A DNA stretch of 64,000 nt from Candidatus Aenigmatarchaeota archaeon (GCA_016180965.1 JACPAF010000002.1:82529-146528), one strand, 5' to 3'; positions 7,893 to 16,896 are shown, numbered from the stretch's first letter. Translations and numbers: made by a program. The notes: generated from the sequence alone by a model not told the origin.

Positions 7893-8923
7893 ATAAAAAG
7901 TTGCATTGTAAGATTTACATTGCGTTCTTGTTCTGCTGGGATTATTCCTTCCATAATTTGTACGCTGCCTATTGATACAGCTAAAGGCACTGGATATTCA
8001 GCTTCTCCAAGCATTTGAGCGATAGCGGCGTCATACATGTTTTCAAGTGAATCGCCTTGCAGCCATTCTGTTTTTTCCACGGCAGCGTTGATTGATGCCC
8101 ATTGTTTCACGTAATCGATGTTTACGGTTCCTACATTGCCGCGGAAAGTTGAATGCCTGTAGGTTTCTCGCGCTACGAAAGAATCTCTCATTCTCAGCTT
8201 GAATAAAGCTTTTAGATAAATGTTATTTATTTCAAATTGGAAATCGCCTTCAAACAAATCTTTGCCTGGATTTTGGTTGTTGACTTTGATTTGCTTGGAA
8301 TGTCCGTTGATTGATATTTTGTTGTTTCCGTGTACTGCGTATAACATCAAAAGATTTGCGATGTCATGAACTCCACAATCGAAGCTTACATCTGATAAAT
8401 GGCCGGCTTCCGGCATTCTTCCTTTTTCAATCGGCGGGCGCGAACGCACGATTTCAATTTCATCTATATCTCCAATTTCTTCTTGCACCAGTCGTTGGGC
8501 GTACCTGAACGCAGGGTTGAAATATTCGACAAATGCGGTCATCATTGGTTTTCCGGTGAATTTTTGGGTTTGTCTAACCTCGATAGCCTCTTTAGAGTTA
8601 GCGCTCATTGGTTTTTCGCAAAGTACGCCAGAGACTTTTGGAGAAATTAAAGCTTGCATAGATTGCGGTGCGTGGTATTGTGTGGGCGATGCGATAACGA
8701 CTAAGTGCGGTTTCGGAACGTCTAACCTTAGCAAGTCTTCGAATCTTTCATACTGTTTTACATTAGGCATGCCTGTCCTGTAAGAAGCTTCAGCTAACCT
8801 CGGATCGCATACAGCTACAAGTTCCATTTTGCCAGCATCCTGCAGTTTCAGTATTTTGGCTAAATGGTTGCGACCCATGTATCCGATACCGGCAAGCGAA
8901 ACGTAAACTTTTTGCATAAACAC
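7889..8923 (-). CDS. Gfo/Idh/MocA-family NAD(P)-dependent oxidoreductase
   Basis: N-terminal Rossmann motif 'SLAGIGYMGRNH' and the 'CEKP' motif. 344 aa. Confidence 0.75.
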   Translation of the reverse strand: MFMQKVYVSLAGIGYMGRNHLAKILKLQDAGKMELVAVCDPRLAEASYRTGMPNVKQYERFEDLLRLDVPKPHLVVIASPTQYHAPQSMQALISPKVSGVLCEKPMSANSKEAIEVRQTQKFTGKPMMTAFVEYFNPAFRYAQRLVQEEIGDIDEIEIVRSRPPIEKGRMPEAGHLSDVSFDCGVHDIANLLMLYAVHGNNKISINGHSKQIKVNNQNPGKDLFEGDFQFEINNIYLKALFKLRMRDSFVARETYRHSTFRGNVGTVNIDYVKQWASINAAVEKTEWLQGDSLENMYDAAIAQMLGEAEYPVPLAVSIGSVQIMEGIIPAEQERNVNLTMQLFI

Positions 8924-8973
8924 CGAACGTATGGTATGATATTTAAATTGATAAAAATTGCATTTTATTTGAT

Positions 8974-9192
8974 ATGAGCGGGTTTGAAGGCATTGGCAGT
9001 ATGTTAATAGTCGCGGGCGGATTATTGCTTTTATCGGGTTTAATTTTGGTATTGGGTGAGAAAACGCCGTTGGGCAAATTACCGGGCGATATTTTGATAG
9101 AAAAAGGTAATTTCAAATTTTACGCGCCAATCGCAACTTTTCTGGTAATCAGCTTAATATTAACTATTTTTGTAAACTTTTTTTTAAAATAA
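8974..9192 (+). CDS. Small membrane protein, DUF2905-like
   Basis: 'GKLPGDILIEKGNFKFYAPIATFLVISLILTI' fits the pattern recalled for the DUF2905 family. Two predicted TM segments. Confidence 0.6.
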   Translation: MSGFEGIGSMLIVAGGLLLLSGLILVLGEKTPLGKLPGDILIEKGNFKFYAPIATFLVISLILTIFVNFFLK

Positions 9193-9195
9193 AAA

Positions 9196-9675
9196 TCAGG
9201 CGGTCATGAACTCGGCAAACTGCACGACAGGTGTTTTATCGGGGGTTTCACCTATTTTTACGTATTTCAGATCCCTGCTGATTGATATGGTTGGTGGCAA
9301 CCCATCTTCCATGGTTTCCCTTATCCATTTTATCATATCAGTTGAGTCGGAGTACATACCCATTTCAAACTCACAGACATATAGTCCGTTATCCTGCCGT
9401 TCAATAGCAATAAAACTGCCCATGGAAAATCTTGTTTTTTTATTTTCCCGTGTCGAAATTCCAATAATACGTACCATCCTTTTGTCGCGGGATAAATATG
9501 TTCTGCCACCCACCCGCTGCAATTCTGTTTTTATATGGGATAACCCGACACTCATTTCTTCGAACATGCCATTTGCAGTATTTTCATCCGTGTATACATC
9601 CCGGATAGCTGCCGATGGCGTAAATCTACCTTTGTAAATATGGGCTTCCTTATCTTGCATCATTCCCTTAAACAT
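9196..9675 (-). CDS. Hypothetical protein (159 aa)
   Basis: The ORF has balanced composition. No recognised motif. Confidence 0.45.
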   Translation of the reverse strand: MFKGMMQDKEAHIYKGRFTPSAAIRDVYTDENTANGMFEEMSVGLSHIKTELQRVGGRTYLSRDKRMVRIIGISTRENKKTRFSMGSFIAIERQDNGLYVCEFEMGMYSDSTDMIKWIRETMEDGLPPTISISRDLKYVKIGETPDKTPVVQFAEFMTA

Positions 9676-9692
9676 ACAAAATTATTTAAACG

Positions 9693-10244
9693 TTATAACG
9701 AGGTCACGTTCAATGTGAACGGACCGATTATTCCTGAAGAACGCCCGGCTTCATCGGCTTTTACCCAGTAGTCGAATGAGCCTTTAGTCGTTATCGGCAG
9801 GTCATATGTGCATGAAAATGCCGTTCCGTTGGGTTTTGTGTTGCCTTGTACGCTGCAATAACGGCCAGTACAATTTGCGTTCTTGCAAACGCTTACAGTC
9901 ACGAATTCGCTTTCAGCGTCAGCTACTGCAATGTTGAATGTGGCTGTTTTTCCCACTTTCACAGGGTTTGGTTTCTGGGATGCTGATATTATTTGCGGCG
10001 GCTGGTTGCCTGTGATTGTGGTGGTTGTTGAAGTAGTTGTGGTAGTTGAGATCTCAATTGTTGTAGTTGGTGTTGTGGTGGTTGTCGTAATTGAGGTTGT
10101 AGTAGTTTCCAGAGTCGTTGTGGTTGTTGTGGCTGGGGTTTGTGTGTCACCTGTCAACAAAACGTATGCGATTAAAGCGAGTGCAGCGCCGATCAGGTAA
10201 ATTGGATTGGATTTTTGTTGGTTTTTCCTGTAACTGTATTTCAT
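9693..10244 (-). CDS. Membrane-anchored surface protein with a poly-Thr linker and a Cys-containing Ig-like domain
   Basis: N-terminal TM segment, then a roughly 45-aa Thr-rich tract (TTTTTTLETTTTSITTTTTT...), then a beta-rich C-terminal domain with 4 Cys. Confidence 0.6.
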   Translation of the reverse strand: MKYSYRKNQQKSNPIYLIGAALALIAYVLLTGDTQTPATTTTTTLETTTTSITTTTTTPTTTIEISTTTTTSTTTTITGNQPPQIISASQKPNPVKVGKTATFNIAVADAESEFVTVSVCKNANCTGRYCSVQGNTKPNGTAFSCTYDLPITTKGSFDYWVKADEAGRSSGIIGPFTLNVTSL

Positions 10245-10265
10245 GTTAATATTTTGTTTTTTACC

Positions 10266-11051
10266 TTAATTAAAATAATCGAACTGCCTGTTCTCTCCGA
10301 TTAATGATCTTATTCTGGGGGAATCCGGGAATTCGGCTAACCCGTGCAATGCAACAGCGCCTTTGCAATGGCCGGTCGTGTTTTCGGAGGTTCTTACAAA
10401 CCTGTAAATCGCTAATATTTTGTTTGGTATCGGATTGGTAGTTGTGTATTCCTTGTGGTCCGGCGCCTTTTCCATTCTTCTAGAAAAATCGATGAGCCCC
10501 ATGCGGGTGTTATAGCCATAAGTTATTGCCATTTGGCCGTTGCGTCGTTCGTAGACCATGCCTAAGAATTTGACATCGTCAACGTCCTGACCCGATAAAC
10601 CGGTTTCTTCAGCCAGTTCTTTGTAGAAGGACAATAAAGGAGATTTGACTGTTGGGTTGAAAATTGTGACCGCACCGGCCGGTATGCCTTGGGTCATACC
10701 TGAACTGAATGTTTCGCCCAACTCGCCTACGACTATGCCGTTTTCAGCAATTTTGGGCACACCAATCACACAAAGCGGCGTTATCCCGTCTCCCGGAATG
10801 AATTTTTTAAGCATGGCTAAATTGGTTGCATAATCGATTTCCTCGCATTCTAAAACAAGCCTGTTTCCTTCTTTTCTCATGTTTCGATAGCTGGGCAGCG
10901 GGTCGTTCTTTTTTAATGTTGAGGCTATTTTATCAATTTCGTATTGCCACATTGAGGCAAATTTAATCTTTCCGCCAATGCCCAAAACAACTTCTGTGAC
11001 ATCCGCTCCAGGCAAATACAGGTCTGCTATAGTTTGCGTCATGCGTTCCAT
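10266..11051 (-). CDS. Hypothetical protein with a degenerate Nudix-box-like segment
   Basis: 'KELAEETGL' resembles the REUxEExGU part of the Nudix box, but the upstream Gx5E part is not conserved. Confidence 0.4.
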   Translation of the reverse strand: MERMTQTIADLYLPGADVTEVVLGIGGKIKFASMWQYEIDKIASTLKKNDPLPSYRNMRKEGNRLVLECEEIDYATNLAMLKKFIPGDGITPLCVIGVPKIAENGIVVGELGETFSSGMTQGIPAGAVTIFNPTVKSPLLSFYKELAEETGLSGQDVDDVKFLGMVYERRNGQMAITYGYNTRMGLIDFSRRMEKAPDHKEYTTTNPIPNKILAIYRFVRTSENTTGHCKGAVALHGLAEFPDSPRIRSLIGENRQFDYFN

Positions 11052-11133
11052 TCGGTGCGAACTTATTTAAACTGATTTTTTATCGGAACGGTCTATGAGA
11101 AAGGGTTCTAAACCATGGATGCGAAATAATTGC

Positions 11134-12201
11134 ATGGAACGGATAATCCTACATGTTGATTTGGATGCGTTTTTTGCGGCTTGTGAAGAGCGCGAGGATC
11201 CGAATTTGAAAGGCAAACCGGTGATCATAGGCGCCGACCCGAAAAACGGTTCCGGTCGCGGCGTGGTTAGTACGGCCAATTATGAGGCACGCAAATTTGG
11301 CATAAAGTCTGCGATGCCCATTTCACGCGCATTTAGGCTTTGCCCAGATGGCATTTATCTACGACCTAATTTTTTGATTTATGATAAAGTTTCCGCCAGT
11401 GTTATGAGCATATTGAAGAAAAAAGCGGACAAATTCCAACAAGTTGGTATAGACGAGGCCTTTTTGGACGTGTCTTCGTGCGGAAGCTACGAAAAGGCTG
11501 TTGAAATTGCGAATGAATTGAAATCGGAGATAAAAGAAAAGGAGAAAATTACGGCATCGATAGGCGTTGCGCCGAATAAGATGGTTGCGAAAATCGCGTC
11601 CGACGAGAATAAACCGGACGGAATAACGGTTGTCAAACCGGAAGATGTTAAAAATTTCATTTATCCGAAAAGCGTGCGCAAACTGTGGGGCATAGGACCG
11701 AAAACTGAAATTATTTTGAACGGTATTGGGATAAAAACTATTGAGGATCTTGCAGAGGCGGACCCTAAAAAATTAAAAGATAAACTCGGCAACACGGGGA
11801 ATTATTTCCAATTCCTTGCGCACGGAATCGATGAAAGTCTAGTCGAAGAAGATTACGGGATAAAATCTTTTAACCGTGAACATACATTTGAAGAGGATAC
11901 GAATGACAAAGGCTTGATTTTATCCACAATAAAAATGCTTTCGCACGATTTGTTTGAACAATTGAAATCGGATAAAGCATCGTTCAAAACTGTGACACTG
12001 AAGATACGGTTTTCGAATTTTGAAACTTATACGCGGGCAAAAAGCATTAATTCATTCGCGAACGACGAAAATGAAATAATAACAAACGCTAACAGACTTT
12101 CCGAGGAATTTATAAAAACCGGGCGTAAAATAAGGCTTGTCGGAATACGCGTGTCCAATTTAAAATTTGGCGGTGCGCAAAAGAAATTGTCCAATATTTA
12201 A
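11134..12201 (+). CDS. dinB: Y-family DNA polymerase IV (Dpo4/DinB)
   Basis: 'ILHVDLDAFFAACEEREDPNLKGKPVIIG' and 'SIDEAFLDV'-like 'GIDEAFLDV'. The likely start is 'MERIILHVD' (track ORF starts at 11095). Confidence 0.93.
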   Translation: MERIILHVDLDAFFAACEEREDPNLKGKPVIIGADPKNGSGRGVVSTANYEARKFGIKSAMPISRAFRLCPDGIYLRPNFLIYDKVSASVMSILKKKADKFQQVGIDEAFLDVSSCGSYEKAVEIANELKSEIKEKEKITASIGVAPNKMVAKIASDENKPDGITVVKPEDVKNFIYPKSVRKLWGIGPKTEIILNGIGIKTIEDLAEADPKKLKDKLGNTGNYFQFLAHGIDESLVEEDYGIKSFNREHTFEEDTNDKGLILSTIKMLSHDLFEQLKSDKASFKTVTLKIRFSNFETYTRAKSINSFANDENEIITNANRLSEEFIKTGRKIRLVGIRVSNLKFGGAQKKLSNI

Positions 12202-12238
12202 TCCATTGTTTTATTAATCTTACTGGTGAATTTGAACC

Positions 12239-12538
12239 ATGATAAACGAAGAACAGGTTAAATCAGCATTAAAGAATTGCTACGACCCGGAGATACCCAT
12301 TAATATCGTGGATTTGGGCCTTGTTTATGGGATAAAAATAGACGACGAAAACAAAAAAATAAAAATTATTATGACACTCACATCTCCGGGTTGCCCGATG
12401 TATGTGCAGATTTCGGAAGATGTCAAAAGAAAAGTTGAAGAGAACACAACCTACGAAACGACGGTTGAAATGGTCTGGGAACCGAGATGGACACAGGAAA
12501 TGATGAGCGAAGACGCGAAAGCTATGATAGGGTTGTAA
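12239..12538 (+). CDS. DUF59/MIP18-family Fe-S cluster assembly protein
   Basis: 'DPEIPINIVDLGLVY' and 'TLTSPGCPM' are the family's characteristic motifs. Confidence 0.85.
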   Translation: MINEEQVKSALKNCYDPEIPINIVDLGLVYGIKIDDENKKIKIIMTLTSPGCPMYVQISEDVKRKVEENTTYETTVEMVWEPRWTQEMMSEDAKAMIGL

Positions 12539-12602
12539 AATGGGAAAGCATGGGAGTTTTTTGGCAGAGGAAACGCTTATAAAGGCTACCTTATATTATA
12601 GA

Positions 12603-12645
12603 TAGGAAATCATTGATTTCCTAACACGAAAATGATCACTTTTCG
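12603..12645 (-). repeat. Double-hairpin element, copy 2 (inverted orientation)
   Basis: The minus strand reads CGAAAAgtgatcaTTTTCG-tgt-TAGGAAATcaatgATTTCCTA. It sits immediately downstream of the TATA-like 'CCTTATATTATAG' in the rpl3 upstream region. Confidence 0.75.
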
Positions 12646-12692
12646 TTGATTTGGCAAACAAGGTTACGTTCGACAAAAGGATCGAATTTAAA

Positions 12693-12768
12693 GGGCGATA
12701 AGACCTTGCGGTTTTGGTTTCCGCATGGTTGGAATGCCCTCAAACCAAAAACCACACGCTGACGTGGT
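12693..12768 (+). promoter_or_regulatory. Structured leader candidate upstream of rpl3 (hairpin with possible pseudoknot, plus a second hairpin)
   Basis: An outer GGGC (12693) pairs with GCCC (12736), and an inner GCGG/CCGC stem follows. The loop TTTTGGTTT (12712-12720) is perfectly complementary to AAACCAAAA (12742-12750). A further hairpin is ACCAC..GTGGT. Confidence 0.4.
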
Positions 12769-12830
12769 TCTGGCTTAGGAGTTTGAACACTTCTTAGGTG
12801 CAGTTTTCAAGTAGAATGAGGTAGGTTAAT

Positions 12831-13823
12831 ATGCCAAAAGTGAAATCCCCAAGGAAAGGAAGCTTGGCCTTCAAGCCGAGAAAGAGAGCCAGCCGAATCT
12901 ATCCTGTCATACGATCATGGCCAATTGCCAAGGAAATAAAACCGCTGGGGTTCGCTGGCTACAAGGCCGGTATGACCCATGTAATGGCTATCGATAAACG
13001 TAATAATTCCCCTACGGCCGGACAAACGATACAATTGCCCGTGACCGTGATTGATTGTCCCCCGCTTTTTGTTTTTGGCGTACGCGCTTATTCCCATGAT
13101 TACAACGGATTGAAACCCACGAAAGATCTTTTTTTCAAAACTTTAAACAAAGACCTTTCAAGAAAAATAAAACCCCCAAAAAATTATGACTTTGAAAACA
13201 AACTGAAAGAATTTGAATCATGCAACCCTTCTGATGTAAAATTAATCGTTCATACTTTACCTAACAGATCCGGTCTTGGAAAAAAGAAACCGGAAATATT
13301 TGAAGTCGGAATAGGCGGTTCTGACGTGAAATCTAAGATCGAATACGCAAAACAAATGCTTGGAAAAGAAATTTCCGCGAAGGACATATTCAAAAACGGC
13401 GATTGGGTGGATGCAGTTTCCGTAACTACAGGCAAGGGTTTTGCCGGCACAATCAAAAGGCATGGAGTTAAGATGCTGGATCATAAGGAAGGAAAAAACC
13501 GGAGAGGTATCGGCTCAATGGGACAAAAACGTCCTGGGAAGCTGCGCTGGACGGTTCCGTTGCCCGGCCAGCTTGGTTTCCATTCAAGAACTGAATTGAA
13601 CAAACGCATAATTTTAGTCGGGGACAAAAACACGGCTGTAACGCCCGCAGGCGGTTTTGTCAAATATGGTTTGGTCCCCAACGATTACCTCATCGTGCAG
13701 GGTTCTGTCGCGGGCCCGCGCAAAAGATTAATACGACTGAGATTTTCAGTGAGGCCTCCAGCTCTCAACAGGCCGTTGCCGGAATTAAAATCAATTTCTT
13801 TGGAGAGCAAGCAGGGTGTTTGA
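12831..13823 (+). CDS. rpl3: 50S ribosomal protein uL3
   Basis: 'GFAGYKAGMTHV', 'GKGFAGTIKRHG' and 'GQLGFHSRTE'. Confidence 0.96.
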   Translation: MPKVKSPRKGSLAFKPRKRASRIYPVIRSWPIAKEIKPLGFAGYKAGMTHVMAIDKRNNSPTAGQTIQLPVTVIDCPPLFVFGVRAYSHDYNGLKPTKDLFFKTLNKDLSRKIKPPKNYDFENKLKEFESCNPSDVKLIVHTLPNRSGLGKKKPEIFEVGIGGSDVKSKIEYAKQMLGKEISAKDIFKNGDWVDAVSVTTGKGFAGTIKRHGVKMLDHKEGKNRRGIGSMGQKRPGKLRWTVPLPGQLGFHSRTELNKRIILVGDKNTAVTPAGGFVKYGLVPNDYLIVQGSVAGPRKRLIRLRFSVRPPALNRPLPELKSISLESKQGV

Positions 13824-13824
13824 C

Positions 13825-14619
13825 ATGGCTAAGATTAACGTTTACAGCATGGACGGCAAGGTAAAAAACCAGGTCGAGATGCCAAAAGTTTTTTCGAATG
13901 AGATTCGTAGAGATTTAATACAAAGGGCTTTCCTTTCTGTGATGTCCAATTCAAGGCGCAAGCATTCAAGAGACGTGATGGCAGGCAAGCGCACTTCGGC
14001 ACATTACCACGGACGCAGAAGCGTTTTCCAGTCAATGGCCAACAAGGAAATGGCGCGCGGTCCGAGGATAACAGGGCAGGGTTATTTGAATTTGAGATTA
14101 AGGTTCGCACCTCATGCAGTCAAAGGCAGATTGGCGCATCCGCCAACTGAAAAAAGAATATTTTCCGAAAAAATCAACGACAAGGAAAGGCGCATTGCGA
14201 TACTGTCAGCGATTGCTGCGACTGCCGATAAAAAAACAGTTTCCGAACGCGGCCATGTTGTTCCTGATATTGATTTGCCGATAATTGTAGACGACGTTTT
14301 GCAGAAAACAAGCAAGACTTCCGACATAGAAAAATTCATGTCTTTACTGGGTTTGAAAGAGGAACGCGAAAGAATGGACGGAAAAACCGTGAGAGCAGGC
14401 CGCGGCAAGCTCAGGGGAAGAAAATACAAAAACAAAACCAGCATTTTGATCGTGATTAACAAGGACGAAGGAATTGTAAACGCGGCTCATAACCTTGAAG
14501 GTGTAGATGTCGTGGAATTATCAAACATAAACGCAAAACTATTGGCTCCGGGCGGAAATCCCGGCCGCTTAACGCTGTGGACAGAATCCGCAGCGAAGAA
14601 GTTGTTGGAGTATGAATAA
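13825..14619 (+). CDS. rpl4: 50S ribosomal protein uL4
   Basis: The ATG lies 1 nt after the rpl3 stop. 'RAGRGKLRGRKYK' is a uL4 motif. Confidence 0.93.
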   Translation: MAKINVYSMDGKVKNQVEMPKVFSNEIRRDLIQRAFLSVMSNSRRKHSRDVMAGKRTSAHYHGRRSVFQSMANKEMARGPRITGQGYLNLRLRFAPHAVKGRLAHPPTEKRIFSEKINDKERRIAILSAIAATADKKTVSERGHVVPDIDLPIIVDDVLQKTSKTSDIEKFMSLLGLKEERERMDGKTVRAGRGKLRGRKYKNKTSILIVINKDEGIVNAAHNLEGVDVVELSNINAKLLAPGGNPGRLTLWTESAAKKLLEYE

Positions 14620-14620
14620 C

Positions 14621-15013
14621 ATGGCTGATGAAAATAAATTACCTGTCAAAGAAGAAAAGAAAACCAAAAAAACTGTTAAGAATGTTAAAAAAACCGAGCA
14701 AAAAACTGCAGTTCAGCCGAAGGAAAATAAACCTACGAGACGATTAACAACTAAAAACGAATGGGATGTTTTATCCCATTCGTTAATGACCGAAAAATCA
14801 ATAGGCCTGATTGAAAAGGAAAATAAGCTTGTGTTCATAGTCAATCTCAAGGCGACTAAACCAGAGATAAAAGGCGCTGTGGAAAAAGCTTTTGATGTCA
14901 GCGTTGACAGTGTAACCACGTCGATAACCAGGAAAGGCCAGAAAAAAGCGTTTGTAAAAATATCACAAGGCCATTCCGCGTCGGAAATAGCGACCAGATT
15001 GGGAATGTTGTAG
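14621..15013 (+). CDS. rpl23: 50S ribosomal protein uL23 with a roughly 45-aa Lys-rich N-terminal extension
   Basis: The core 'LMTEKSIGLIEKENKLVFIVNLKATKPEIKGAVEKAFDV' is preceded by the 'KEEKKTKKTVKNVKKTEQK' tract. Confidence 0.9.
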   Translation: MADENKLPVKEEKKTKKTVKNVKKTEQKTAVQPKENKPTRRLTTKNEWDVLSHSLMTEKSIGLIEKENKLVFIVNLKATKPEIKGAVEKAFDVSVDSVTTSITRKGQKKAFVKISQGHSASEIATRLGML

Positions 15014-15022
15014 GTGTTGTAA

Positions 15023-15736
15023 ATGGGAAAGCGGCAAATCGTGAGGGCGAGAGGAAAAGGTTCGATGAGTTACACGGCTCCATCCCACAATTGGGCGGGT
15101 GTGGTTGAATATCCGCAAATTGAAAATTCACAGGATTTGTCGCAAGCTGTCGTCACGGAATTGATACACGATCCCGGACGAAATGCGCCGTTGGCGAAAG
15201 TTAAATTCAATGACGGAGAGGAAATGCTTGTAATTGCGCCGGAAGGCATCCAGGTCGGCAACACAATATCATGTGGAATAACCGCGCCTGTAATCCCGGG
15301 CAACGTTTTAACATTGTCTGAAATACCGGAACGTACGCTGATTTACGGCATAGAATCAAAACCGGGTTCCGGTCCAAAGTTTTGCAGGTCTTCAGGCTCA
15401 TTTGGCATTGTAGCCGTGCATGATGCGGGGAAGGTTTTTGTACAAATGCCATCAGGCGAGATAAAAGAGTTTAAGCCGTTGTGCAGGGCAACAATAGGCG
15501 TGCCGGCAGGCGGCGGACGCAAAGACAAACCGTTTGTAAAAGGCGGTTCGAAACTTTATTTGATGCGCGCACGCGGTAAATTATTCCCGCGCTCGAAAGG
15601 TGTGGTGATGAATGCTACTGACCACCCGTTCGGCGGTAAAACGAGGCCGGGTCATGCAAAAACCATTTCACGCAACGCGCCTCCGGGGCAAAAGATCGGT
15701 TATATAGCTGCTAGAAGAACAGGAAGGAAGAAGTGA
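15023..15736 (+). CDS. rpl2: 50S ribosomal protein uL2
   Basis: 'GVVMNATDHPFGGKTRPG' and 'RARGKGSMSY'. Confidence 0.96.
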   Translation: MGKRQIVRARGKGSMSYTAPSHNWAGVVEYPQIENSQDLSQAVVTELIHDPGRNAPLAKVKFNDGEEMLVIAPEGIQVGNTISCGITAPVIPGNVLTLSEIPERTLIYGIESKPGSGPKFCRSSGSFGIVAVHDAGKVFVQMPSGEIKEFKPLCRATIGVPAGGGRKDKPFVKGGSKLYLMRARGKLFPRSKGVVMNATDHPFGGKTRPGHAKTISRNAPPGQKIGYIAARRTGRKK

Positions 15737-15740
15737 TGAT

Positions 15741-16115
15741 ATGAGATTGTTCCATTTCACATTGGTTTATGCTGACGGTAAAGGAAGAGAAACAAACCGA
15801 TTTGGAGAGCCGTTTACTGTGGATAAAGACGGTTTGAGAAGGTCACAATCACATCCCGTATGCCTGACGCCTTCGCTTGACCATGCTACTACATATGCAA
15901 CTGATAACAAAGGCAGAAATGCAAAAGCAATTGTATACACGGTCGAAAGCGATGATGTCCCAGACATAAGAAGCGGAAATGTTGTCTGGACAGCGGAATA
16001 TGTTCCCAGGGATGCAATAAAGGACATGATACAAGTTAGAGTTACGCGAGAAACGACGCCCAGAGATATCCAATATCATATAGAAAAAAGCGGAAAATTT
16101 AGAGGCTGGATGTAA
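15741..16115 (+). CDS. Hypothetical 124-aa protein embedded between rpl2 and rps19 (ADP-ribosyltransferase/Tpt1-lobe-like pattern, speculative)
   Basis: The ATG is 4 nt after the rpl2 stop. Its TAA overlaps the rps19 ATG (TAATG). Motifs: 'LFHFT', 'GLRRSQSHPVCLTPSLDHA' and 'NVVWTAEYVP'. Confidence 0.65.
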   Translation: MRLFHFTLVYADGKGRETNRFGEPFTVDKDGLRRSQSHPVCLTPSLDHATTYATDNKGRNAKAIVYTVESDDVPDIRSGNVVWTAEYVPRDAIKDMIQVRVTRETTPRDIQYHIEKSGKFRGWM

Positions 16116-16498
16116 TGGCAAAGAAATTTTTATTCCGCGGGAAAACTTTGGAGGAGTTGCAGGGCATGTCACTGGAAAATTTCTCCATTTTACTTAAATC
16201 GCGGGCTAGGCGCGCGTTGAAACGGGGCCTTACAGAACAGGAAAAAATACTGCTTGAAAATGTGCACAGGGAACCGAACAAGTTCCACAAAACACATTGC
16301 AGGGAAATGGTCATATTGCCTGAAATGGTTGGCAAAAAATTCGGCGTCCACAATGGAAAAGAATTTTTCTCAATAATTATAACTGAAGAAATGCTGGGCC
16401 ACAGGCTTGGTGAATTTTCCCACAGCACAAAAGAGGTCAAACATTCCGCTCCTGGAATAGGTGCAACCAAATCCAGCAAGTACATACCTTTGAAGTGA
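16115..16498 (+). CDS. rps19: 30S ribosomal protein uS19
   Basis: 'GVHNGKEF' and 'GHRLGEFSHSTKEVKHSAPG'. Confidence 0.95.
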   Translation: MAKKFLFRGKTLEELQGMSLENFSILLKSRARRALKRGLTEQEKILLENVHREPNKFHKTHCREMVILPEMVGKKFGVHNGKEFFSIIITEEMLGHRLGEFSHSTKEVKHSAPGIGATKSSKYIPLK

Positions 16499-16503
16499 TC
16501 GTT

Positions 16504-16896
16504 ATGGCAGATGCAAAATACTCAATGGAAATGGATCCGAAAAAATCCGCAAGGGCGTATGGAAGAGCTCTGCGAATATCAACAAAACATGCAATGGAGA
16601 TATGCCATGCGATAAGCGGTAAAAATTTACAAAAATCAAAAACAATGTTGCATAATGTTGCTTCGCTCCAGACTTCGTTGAATGGTAAATTTTACATCAA
16701 TGCCACCAATGAAATGATAAGCTTACTGGAAAGCGCAGAAGCAAATGCTAAGGCAAAAGGACTGGATGTAAATAAAATGATCGTGAAGGCAAATGCAACG
16801 AAAGGTTTCGCTTTCACCAGGCCGCGATCCAGAAGGAAATTGGCGGGCCAGACGGGAAGGATGACAAACGTACAGATAATGTTGAGGTTGGCATAA
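16504..16896 (+). CDS. rpl22: 50S ribosomal protein uL22
   Basis: 'ARAYGRALRISTKHAMEICHAISGK' and operon position. Confidence 0.92.
   Translation: MADAKYSMEMDPKKSARAYGRALRISTKHAMEICHAISGKNLQKSKTMLHNVASLQTSLNGKFYINATNEMISLLESAEANAKAKGLDVNKMIVKANATKGFAFTRPRSRRKLAGQTGRMTNVQIMLRLA

Noticed and set aside
9990-10150. Short-period DNA repeat, considered as a CRISPR- or satellite-like array
   Set aside because: The periodicity is codon-level (ACN/GTN) and corresponds to the poly-Thr linker of the 9693-10244 surface protein. There is no repeat-spacer organisation and there are no cas genes. No CRISPR array is present anywhere in the window.
12693-12742. H/ACA guide sRNA interpretation of the hairpin with a symmetric 11+11-nt internal loop upstream of rpl3
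   Set aside because: There is no ACA box after the lower stem (the sequence is TCAAAC). The 4-bp upper stem has no K-turn or K-loop GA pairs, and the lower stem is only 4-5 bp. The structure is kept only as a generic structured-leader candidate.
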